Shown here: one piece after another, positions 10,783 through 18,119 of the stretch
Numbering within the stretch: position 1 is the stretch's first letter
Layout: each line of letters opens with the position of its first letter
Assembly (NCBI GenBank): GCA_963749495.1
Contig: CAVVMW010000012.1
Location: forward strand, 288,001-352,000
Direction: 5' to 3'
DNA from: an uncultured bacterium
GTDB lineage: Bacteria; Verrucomicrobiota; Verrucomicrobiia; Limisphaerales; UBA8199
Length of the DNA stretch: 64,000 bases
Made by a program: the position numbers and the translations under genes
Notes under the pieces: generated by a model
Databases searched by the model: none
Seen by the model: the letters and a program-made list of their open reading frames with translations, nothing else
What the model was told of the DNA's origin: nothing

Positions 10783-10858
10783 GGGCGCTTGGCGCAGCGG
10801 TTAGCGCGTCTCGTTTACACCGAGTAGGTCGGGGGTTCGAATCCCTCAGCGCCCACCA
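10783..10858 (+). tRNA. tRNA-Val(TAC)
   Basis: GGGCGCT/AGCGCCC acceptor stem, GCGC D stem, loop TTTACAC, GGTTCGAATCC T arm, encoded CCA; 76 nt. Confidence 0.97.
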
Positions 10859-10861
10859 ATC

Positions 10862-10895
10862 TGGACTGTGGACTGTGGACCGTGGACCGTGGACT
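10862..10895. repeat. Heptamer array (TGGACYG)n between the tRNA and ilvC
   Basis: About 5 units; same unit as the second array inside queE. Confidence 0.85.
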
Positions 10896-11994
10896 AATTG
10901 GCCCCGCGTCCGGCCACGCCTTTAGTGCCCGAGGCAATCGCGCGGGCGGCTTCCTTGGGGCGCAGGGAGCGGACGGCTTTGCCGGCGACCCACATTTCGG
11001 AGTCGCGGATGGCGGCGAGTTCCTTGGCCAACTGTTGCTGGTAGTCGGGTTTGCCGCAGGCCTTGAGGACGCGCAGGCATTCCTTGCCGGTCTTGACGCG
11101 CCGGTAGAGTTCCTTGAAGACGGGCAGGACGGCCTTCTTGAAGCGCGGTTTCCAATCCAGGGCGCCGCGCTGGGCCGTGGCGGAGCAATTGGCGTACATC
11201 CAGTCCATGCCGTTTTCGTCCACCAGCCGGATGAGGCTCTGGGTGAGTTCCTCAACAGTTTCGTTGAAGGCCTCGCTCGGGGTGTGGCCGTGGGCGCGGA
11301 GGACGTTGTATTGGGCCTCCATGATGCCGGCCAGGGCGCCCATGAGCACGCCGCGCTCGCCGGTCAAGTCACTGAAGACCTCGTGCTGGAACGTCGTGGG
11401 GAAGAGATAGCCGGAGCCGATGCCGATGCCGATGGCCAGGCACCGCTCCTCGGCGCGCCCGGTGGCGTCCTGGCCGACGGCGAAGCTGGAGTTGATGCCG
11501 GCGCCGGTCAGGAAATTGCGGCGCACCGAAGTGCCCGAGCCTTTCGGGGCCACCATGATAACGTCCACGTCCTGGGGCGGCACCACGCCGGTGAGCTTTT
11601 GGTAGGCGATGGAAAAGCCGTGCGAGAAGTAGAGCGCAGCCCCGGGCTTGAGGTTCTGCTTGACCGCCGGCCAGATAGCCCGCTGGGCGGCATCCGAGAC
11701 GAGCATCTGGATGATGGTCCCCCGGCGCACCGCCTCCTCGATCTCGAAGAGTGTCTTGCCGGGCACCCAGCCGTCCTTGACCGCCCGGTCCCAGTCCCGC
11801 TTGAACGCGCCGGCCTGGCCTACCAGGACGTTGAACCCGTTGTCCCGCAGATTCAGGGATTGGGCCGGCCCTTGCACGCCGTAGCCGATGATGGCGATCG
11901 TCTCGTCCTTGAGGACCTTGCGGGCCCTGGCCATCGGGAATTCTTTGCGGGTGACGACTCTTTCTCGAGTGCCGCCAAAGTCAATAATTGCCAT
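10894..11994 (-). CDS. ilvC: Ketol-acid reductoisomerase
   Basis: IIGYGVQGPAQSLNLRDNG, FSHGF, MVAPKGSG, SDLTGERGVLMG. Confidence 0.97.
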   Translation of the reverse strand: MAIIDFGGTRERVVTRKEFPMARARKVLKDETIAIIGYGVQGPAQSLNLRDNGFNVLVGQAGAFKRDWDRAVKDGWVPGKTLFEIEEAVRRGTIIQMLVSDAAQRAIWPAVKQNLKPGAALYFSHGFSIAYQKLTGVVPPQDVDVIMVAPKGSGTSVRRNFLTGAGINSSFAVGQDATGRAEERCLAIGIGIGSGYLFPTTFQHEVFSDLTGERGVLMGALAGIMEAQYNVLRAHGHTPSEAFNETVEELTQSLIRLVDENGMDWMYANCSATAQRGALDWKPRFKKAVLPVFKELYRRVKTGKECLRVLKACGKPDYQQQLAKELAAIRDSEMWVAGKAVRSLRPKEAARAIASGTKGVAGRGAN

Positions 11995-12016
11995 ATAGTA
12001 ATTGCTTTCTCAATTT

Positions 12017-12090
12017 GGAGCGCGGACGCCCTCGTCCGCAAGTCTTTCTTAAAACGAGTCCGAACGCGCGGACGAGGGTGTCCGCGCTCC
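12017..12090. repeat. REP-like palindrome between ilvN and ilvC
   Basis: GGAGCGCGGACGCCCTCGTCCGC ... GCGGACGAGGGTGTCCGCGCTCC inverted pair. Confidence 0.8.
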
Positions 12091-12115
12091 TTTCTTGATC
12101 GGCCCCGGTTTCATT

Positions 12116-12589
12116 TCATTTGCGCGCCAGGGCGACCTTGCCCGTGCGGGTCAACTCGATGATGCCAAACGGCTTCATCAGGCTGATGAACTTCTCGACC
12201 TTGCTCTCGTCCCCGGTCACCTCGATCGTGAGGCTCTTGGCCTGCACATCGACGATCTTCGAGCGGAAGATGTCGGTGACCTGCATCACCTCGGCGCGGG
12301 TCTTGGTATCCACGGCGACCTTGACCAGCACCAGCTCCCGGTCCACGCATTCGCCCTCGCGGAAGTCCTGCACCTTCATGACCTCGGCCAGCTTGTTGAG
12401 TTGCTTGACAATCTGGTCCAACGTCGCGTCGTCGCCGCGCGTGACGATCGTCATCCGCGAGGCCGTCGGGTCGGATGTGGGCGCGACGTTGAGCGTATCG
12501 ATGTTGTAGCCGCGCCCGCTGAACAGACCGGCCACGCGCGTCAGCACGCCAAACTTGTTCTCCACCAGGACAGAGATAGTGTGTCGCAT
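12116..12589 (-). CDS. ilvN: Acetolactate synthase small (regulatory) subunit
   Basis: MRHTISVLVENKFGVLTRVAGLFSGRGYNI ACT domain; QIVKQLNKL; ELTRTG. Confidence 0.96.
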   Translation of the reverse strand: MRHTISVLVENKFGVLTRVAGLFSGRGYNIDTLNVAPTSDPTASRMTIVTRGDDATLDQIVKQLNKLAEVMKVQDFREGECVDRELVLVKVAVDTKTRAEVMQVTDIFRSKIVDVQAKSLTIEVTGDESKVEKFISLMKPFGIIELTRTGKVALARK

Positions 12590-13067
12590 AGTCCCCGCTG
12601 TGTTGCACGGGGGTGCAGAACCTAACAACGCGCCCCAGCCTGGTCAACAGGCAAAATCAGGAGTACGGAATCATCGCTCGGTTTCTGCTTGACCCAGCCT
12701 GATCGCCGGGCTTTAACTCGCTCGCCAGACTTGGAAATACTCTGCACAAACGCACATATGGAATACGAAATCGTGGGCGTAATCCGAACGCCTGAGTCAC
12801 CGGACAGGCTTGTCATCTCAGAAATAAGCGCCTTATCATAAGGTAGTTACGCAAACGACAACATCGTCCGAGCTCCAATTGAGCATAAAATGAGCACTAA
12901 CTGAGTGAAAAATGTTGACTTGTCGCTTTTGGAGCGTATCCTCAGTTCTAGGCGGGATGATATATGGCTCGTCCAGCGCCTACACCGCATGTGCGGCAAA
13001 AATGCCACTAATGTTTTGAAGAGTTCCAACCAGAGCGCGGCAGTAAACCGCGTCGAGGATGATTTTT

Positions 13068-13364
13068 ATGACGAGACTCCAAATCGAACTGGACGAGCAA
13101 AAGCTGGAGGTCCTTGAGGGTTTGATGGAAACGTGCGGACTCCGCACCAAGAAGGACCTTATCAATAATGCTTTGGCTTTACTTGAATGGGCGATTCGCG
13201 AAAGAGAAAAGGGGAACATTATCACCTCGCTGAATGAGGGAGAAAGCAAATACAAGGAGGTTCTCCTGCCCATCTTCAGCCATGTGCGGTCACACGTCCC
13301 AAAACCTCCAAGCTCCGAGGTCAAGGAAATGGTCTCAGGCTTTCCAGAGAAGGCGGTGCGGTAG
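13068..13364 (+). CDS. Small ribbon-helix-helix-like protein in a lower-GC patch
   Basis: GAGGA RBS; beta strand RLQIEL followed by two helices (TKKDLINNALALLEWA). Confidence 0.65.
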   Translation: MTRLQIELDEQKLEVLEGLMETCGLRTKKDLINNALALLEWAIREREKGNIITSLNEGESKYKEVLLPIFSHVRSHVPKPPSSEVKEMVSGFPEKAVR

Positions 13365-13401
13365 CGCCAATATGTCTTTTGGCTGACTACATTAAGGGCG
13401 G

Positions 13402-14538
13402 ATGTCGGACACATTGGTCGTCAATGAGATTTACTTGAGCCTGCAAGGGGAGAGCACCTTTGCAGGGCTGCCCTGCGTTTTTGTCCGGCTGACGGCCTGC
13501 AATCTGCGCTGTTCGTATTGCGATACGGCGTATGCCTTTGCTGAGGGCAGGAGGCGAACGGTGGGGGAGGTCTGCGGCGAGGTGCTGCGGCTGGCAGGCC
13601 CCTTCCGAGGACAGAGGACGGAGGACGGAGGGCGGAGGACGGAGGGCGGAGGACGGAGGACGGAGGACGGAGGACGGAGGACGGAGGACGGAGGACGGAG
13701 GACGGAGGACGGAGGACGGAGGACGGAGGACGGAGGACAGAGGACGGAGGACGGAGGACAGAGGACGGAGGACGGAGGACAGAGGACGGAGGACGGACGG
13801 AGGACGGAGGACGGAGGACAGAGGACGGAGGACGGAGGACGGAGGGCGGAGGGTGGAGGGCGGAGGACGGAGGACGGAGGACGGAGGACGGAGGGCGGAG
13901 GACAGAGGACGGAGGACGGAGGACGGAGGACGGAGGGCGGAGGACAGAGGACGGAGGACTCCGGACTGCGGACTGTGGACTGTGGACTGTGGACTGTGGA
14001 CTGTGGACTGCGGACTGTGGACTGTGGACGGCTTCCGCTGGTGGAAGTGACCGGGGGCGAACCGCTCCTGCAGAAGAACTCGCTGTCGCTGCTGCGGGCC
14101 TTGTGCGATGAGGGCTTCACGGTGCTCCTGGAGACCAGCGGCGCTCTGGACATCTCGGCCGTCGACAGCCGGGTCCGCCGCATCATGGATTTGAAATGCC
14201 CCAGCAGCGGGGAGGCCCCGCGCAACCGGTGGGAGAACCTGGCGCACCTCAGGAACACCGACGAGATCAAGTTCGTGCTTGGCACGGTCCAGGATTATGA
14301 GTGGGCACGGGAACAGATCGCCCGCCATGGACTGGCCGGGATTTGCCCGCTGCTCTTTTCCTGGGTCCACCCGCTCGCCCCGGAGCAGCGGCATCCCTCG
14401 CTCAAACCGCTCCCCCCGGGCCAGACACCCCTCTCCCGCAGGGAACTGGCCGAGCGAATCATTACCGACGCCCTGCCGGTGCGTCTCCAGGTCCAATTGC
14501 ACAAGATCCTCTGGCCGCCGGAGAAGAGGGGGGTCTGA
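13402..14538 (+). CDS. queE: 7-carboxy-7-deazaguanine synthase (radical SAM) with a large in-frame repeat insertion
   Basis: EIYLSLQGE, FVRLTACNLRCSYCDT, VTGGEPLLQ, LETSG, QVQLHK. Confidence 0.92.
   Translation: MSDTLVVNEIYLSLQGESTFAGLPCVFVRLTACNLRCSYCDTAYAFAEGRRRTVGEVCGEVLRLAGPFRGQRTEDGGRRTEGGGRRTEDGGRRTEDGGRRTEDGGRRTEDGGQRTEDGGQRTEDGGQRTEDGRRTEDGGQRTEDGGRRAEGGGRRTEDGGRRTEGGGQRTEDGGRRTEGGGQRTEDSGLRTVDCGLWTVDCGLRTVDCGRLPLVEVTGGEPLLQKNSLSLLRALCDEGFTVLLETSGALDISAVDSRVRRIMDLKCPSSGEAPRNRWENLAHLRNTDEIKFVLGTVQDYEWAREQIARHGLAGICPLLFSWVHPLAPEQRHPSLKPLPPGQTPLSRRELAERIITDALPVRLQVQLHKILWPPEKRGV
13607..14029 (+). repeat. Tandem heptamers (GAGGACG) ~50 units + (GGACTGT) ~9 units inside queE
   Basis: Translated as (RTEDGGR)n then (TVDCGLW)n; reading frame preserved. 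Confidence 0.95.
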
Positions 14539-14539
14539 G

Positions 14540-14712
14540 GGACCGAATGCGGAGTGCGGAATGCGGAGTGCGGAGTGTTCCGGTGGGGATGTTGGGTCCG
14601 GATTGCGGCGCGAGGAATGGCGAATGGACCGAATGCGGAGTGCGGAATGCGGAGTGCGGAGTGTTCCGGTGGGAATGTTGGGTCCGGATTGCGGCGCGAG
14701 GAATGACGAATG
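14540..14712 (+). repeat. Two tandem ~85-bp composite units: (GAATGCG/GAGTGCG)n + spacer + GAATGAC
   Basis: Two related copies at 17773-17963. Confidence 0.85.
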
Positions 14713-16158
14713 ACCAATGAGAGCCTGAGGACGATCGAGTGGCTGCGTGAATATGAATCGCGCAATGTGACGTTCATCGAGCCGGATGGCTCGTGGCCCA
14801 TTGTGTGGGAGCGCGCGCGGGGGGCGCATGTCTGGGATGCCGACGGCAGAGAGTATTTGGACCTCACCGCCGCTTTCGGAGTGGCCGCCGCCGGCCACGC
14901 CAATCCGCGCGTGGTCCGGGCCGGCCAACGGCAGATGGCCAAGCTGCTCCACGCCATGGGCGACGTACACCCGCACCCGCTCAAGGCCCGACTGGCCCGC
15001 GCCTTGAGCCGGCTGACTTTCGAGAGGTGGGAGCAGCGCCCCTCGCCCGGCCTGGCGGCCACGCTTTCCCCACCCCCGATGGAATCGGGGCAAGCGGGCG
15101 GAGAGAGGGGAGGGGTGAGGGGAGCTTCGCGCAAAGGCAAGGCGATCTTCTGCAATTCCGGCTTCGAGGCGGTCGAGGCGGCGCTCAAGACGGCCAGGCT
15201 GGCGACGGGCAAACCGGGCGTCATTGCCTTCACCGGGGCATATCACGGGCTGGGCTACGGGGCGCTCAACGCGACGCACCGCGAGCATTTCCGTTCGCAT
15301 TTCCGCGGCCAACTCGCCGAGTTTGGCCGGTTCGTCCCATTCCCTGCTCGAGCCGAGGACCTGGCGGGAGTGGGCGCGGCTGTGGACGCGCTGCTGCGGG
15401 ACGAGCCCATTGGGGCAGTGCTGGTGGAACCGATCCAGGTGCGGGGCGGCATCCACATCCCGCCGCCGGAATTTCTGCCGTTGTTGCGCGCGGTTTGCGA
15501 CCGGCGGCGGACGCTGCTGATCCTGGACGAGATCTATACTGGCTTTGGCCGCACCGGGAAATGGTTCGCCTGCGAACACTCGGCGACCGTGCCGGACCTG
15601 GTCTGCCTGGGCAAGGCCCTGACGGGCGGCTTTCCGCTCTCCGCCTGCGTCGGGCGGAGCGCGCTCATGGATGCCGCCTGGCCCGCCTCGACCGGCGAGG
15701 CCATCCACACCAGCACCTTCCTGGGCCACCCGGTCGGCTGCGCCATGGCCTTGGCCCAAATCCAGGAGATCCAGGCGCGCCGCCTGGTCGAGCGGAGCGC
15801 AAGCCTCGGCCAGTTCCTGCTTTCGCTCCTCTCGAAGCTCGAGGCCCCCGCCGCTGCCGGACTGGACCTGTCGGCCCGCGGCGCCGGTCTGCTGGCCGGC
15901 CTGGAAGTGCGCGCCCGCCATGGCCCTCCGGCCACAACTGTGGCGCTGGGCCTGATCAAAACGATGCTCCGCCGGGGCTTCATCCTGCTCCCCGAAGGCG
16001 AGCATTCCAACGTGTTGAGCTTCACACCGCCGCTGACCATCTCGAAAAGGCAGCTCGCCCAGGCCGTGGACGCCCTCGCTCAGGCTATTGGAGGGACGAG
16101 GGTCGAGGGTCGAGGGGCTGTCTCTCGACCCTCGACCCTCGACCCTCGACCCTCGTGA
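14710..16158 (+). CDS. Class-III PLP-dependent aminotransferase (GabT/ArgD-like)
   Basis: [65 protein letters not shown]. Confidence 0.92.
   Translation: MTNESLRTIEWLREYESRNVTFIEPDGSWPIVWERARGAHVWDADGREYLDLTAAFGVAAAGHANPRVVRAGQRQMAKLLHAMGDVHPHPLKARLARALSRLTFERWEQRPSPGLAATLSPPPMESGQAGGERGGVRGASRKGKAIFCNSGFEAVEAALKTARLATGKPGVIAFTGAYHGLGYGALNATHREHFRSHFRGQLAEFGRFVPFPARAEDLAGVGAAVDALLRDEPIGAVLVEPIQVRGGIHIPPPEFLPLLRAVCDRRRTLLILDEIYTGFGRTGKWFACEHSATVPDLVCLGKALTGGFPLSACVGRSALMDAAWPASTGEAIHTSTFLGHPVGCAMALAQIQEIQARRLVERSASLGQFLLSLLSKLEAPAAAGLDLSARGAGLLAGLEVRARHGPPATTVALGLIKTMLRRGFILLPEGEHSNVLSFTPPLTISKRQLAQAVDALAQAIGGTRVEGRGAVSRPSTLDPRPS
15039..15122. repeat. 84-bp palindromic element inserted in frame in the aminotransferase
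   Basis: CCCCTCGCCC...GGGTGAGGGG arms with inner CCCCGAT/ATCGGGG hairpin; resembles the intergenic element at 51761-51906. Confidence 0.75.
16090..16155. repeat. Inverted heptamer arrays (GTCGAGG)n/(CCTCGAC)n forming the aminotransferase C-terminus
   Basis: Encodes [21 protein letters not shown]. Confidence 0.8.
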
Positions 16159-16180
16159 ACCGCTGAGCCTCGCCACCCCG

Positions 16181-17031
16181 ATGAAACTCAGCGACATGAA
16201 GCAAGTCCTGGCGGCCGGCGGCATTCAACTGACCAAGTCGCTCGGCCAGCATTTTCTTCACGACGCCAACCAACTCCGGCGCATGGTCGAGGCGGCCGAG
16301 TTGACCCCGTCCGACAACGTGCTCGAGATCGGCCCGGACTCGGACCGCTGACGCAACTGTTGGTCGAGCGGGCGGGCCAGGTGCTGGCCATCGAGAAAGA
16401 CGCGCGGCTGGTGGCGGTGCTCCGGGAGCGCTTTGGGCTGGAGCGGGGGGCCACGCCGGGCCTGCGCCTGCTCCACGACAACGCCCTGGATTTCCTGCGG
16501 CGCCAGAGGCGGGACTGGGGCGCTTGGAAACTGGTTGCCAACCTGCCCTACTCGGTGGCGTTGCCGCTGTTGGTCGAGCTGGCCCAAGCCCGTCCGGGGC
16601 CGGCGCGCCTGGTGGCGACGCTCCAACTGGAGGTGGCGATGCGGCTCCTGGCGCAGGCCGGGAGCCGGGACTACGGCATTCTAACGCTGCTGGTGCAACT
16701 GGACTACGAACCGTGCGGGTGGTTCAAGATCCCGTCCGGCTGCTTCTTCCCGGAGCCTGGGGTCAACTCGGCCTGCGTGTGCCTGAGGCGGCGTGCGCAG
16801 CCGCTGCTCGCCGGGGCCCAGGCGGGGGTGTTTGCCTCGATCGTCAAACGCAGCTTCTCCCAGCGGCGCAAGATGATGCGCAAGCTCTTGCACGCTGACT
16901 GGCCGGCTCCAGCCCTGGACCGCGCCTTCGCGGCCCTGGCCCCGCTGCCGCTCCCGGCCCAAGCCCGGGCCGAGACCGTCACCCTCGACCAATTCGTTCA
17001 ACTCACCCGCTTGCTGGCCGGGGGGCCGTGA
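16181..17031 (+). CDS. rsmA: 16S rRNA adenine dimethyltransferase, single-base frameshift near 16335
   Basis: [14 protein letters not shown][G]LGPLT (one G missing), [23 protein letters not shown]. Confidence 0.92.
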
Positions 17032-17034
17032 AAT

Positions 17035-17210
17035 GGGGGTATCCCGACACAGCCCCCACCGGATGCGGCCAGATGGGAGTGCGCCCGTCCTCGGGCGCAA
17101 CGACGTCCACAGCGAGGGCAGCGGTCAAGTACTCCGGCGCGCCGGCCCGCTCCCTCGCTGCTGCGCCCGGGGACGGGCGCACTCCGGCGGCAGTGTCGGG
17201 ATAGCCCCCC
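17035..17210. repeat. Nested palindromic (MITE/REP-like) element
   Basis: Outer TATCCCGACAC/GTGTCGGGATA arms; inner GGAGTGCGCCCGTCC/GGACGGGCGCACTCC arms. Confidence 0.8.
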
Positions 17211-17280
17211 GTGAAATCAGTCAGACTCGTCGGACCTGTCGGACCTGTCGGACTTGTCGGACTTATCCTACTGTATTGCC

Positions 17281-17853
17281 ATGAACGAAGAGATCTTCGA
17301 TGTCGTCAACGAGCGCGACCAGGTCATCGACCGCCGTCCGCGCAGCGAGGTACACCGGCTGGGGCTCCTGCACCGGGCCACCCACGTGCTGGCCTTCAAC
17401 TCGCTGGGCCAAGTCTTTCTCCAAAAACGCTCGCTCAACAAGGACCGCCAGCCCGGCGTGTGGGATTCCTCCGCCTCGGGCCACGTGGAATCGGGCGAGG
17501 ATTACGACCCCTGCGCCGTGCGCGAACTGCGCGAGGAACTGGGCCTGGCCCTGAGCACTCCCCCGCGGCGGCTCTTCAAGCTCCCCGCCTCCGCCCAGAC
17601 GGACCAGGAACACGTCTGGGTTTACCGGTGCCAGGCCGAAGGGCCGTTCCAGCTCAATCCCGAGGAGATCGAGCGCGCCGGTTGGTTCGACCCGGAGCAG
17701 GTCACCCGCTGGCTGGCCCAGCGTCCCCAGGACTTCGCCAGCGCCTTCAGGCTAATCTGGGAAATGGTGAGCGGACCCAATGCGGAGTGCGGAGTGCGGA
17801 ATGCGGAGTGCTCCGGCGGGGATGTTGGGTCTGGATTTGGACGCGAAGAATGA
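17281..17853 (+). CDS. NUDIX hydrolase (IPP isomerase type 1-like) with a repeat-derived tail
   Basis: HRATHV, QKRS..KD..PG.WD, SGHVESGEDYDPCAVRELREELG. Confidence 0.88.
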   Translation: MNEEIFDVVNERDQVIDRRPRSEVHRLGLLHRATHVLAFNSLGQVFLQKRSLNKDRQPGVWDSSASGHVESGEDYDPCAVRELREELGLALSTPPRRLFKLPASAQTDQEHVWVYRCQAEGPFQLNPEEIERAGWFDPEQVTRWLAQRPQDFASAFRLIWEMVSGPNAECGVRNAECSGGDVGSGFGREE

Positions 17854-17963
17854 CGAATGGGCCCAATGCGGAGTGCGGAGTGCGGAATGCAGAGTGCTCC
17901 GGTGGGAATGTCGGGTTTGGATCGCAGTGCGATGAATGACGAATGACGAATGACGAATGACGA
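17773..17963 (+). repeat. Copies 3 and 4 of the ~85-bp composite unit, then (GAATGAC)n
   Basis: Direct similarity to 14540-14712. Confidence 0.85.
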
Positions 17964-18072
17964 ACCGAAAAAGGCAAGGGGGCCATTTCTTTTCATGATT
18001 TTGCCGCCAATGATTTTGCAATAATGATTCTGCCTTGATGATCCTGCTCCGAATGGTTCTGCCCGGGGCGCG

Positions 18073-18101
18073 TTGACACCCCTGTTGCGGGCTGTTAGCT
18101 T
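18073..18101 (+). promoter_or_regulatory. sigma70 promoter of ileS
   Basis: TTGACA-17 nt-TAGCTT. Confidence 0.6.
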
Positions 18102-18119
18102 TGCTCCCCTGGTGGAACA

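Noticed and set aside
13387..16224. 945-aa antisense ORF, and similar long ORFs at 5372, 17622, 27180, 31243 and 61999
   Set aside because: Shadow frames opposite well-supported genes in high-GC DNA.
13607..17963. CRISPR array
   Set aside because: The repeats are contiguous heptamers or tandem units without unique spacers, and there are no cas genes.
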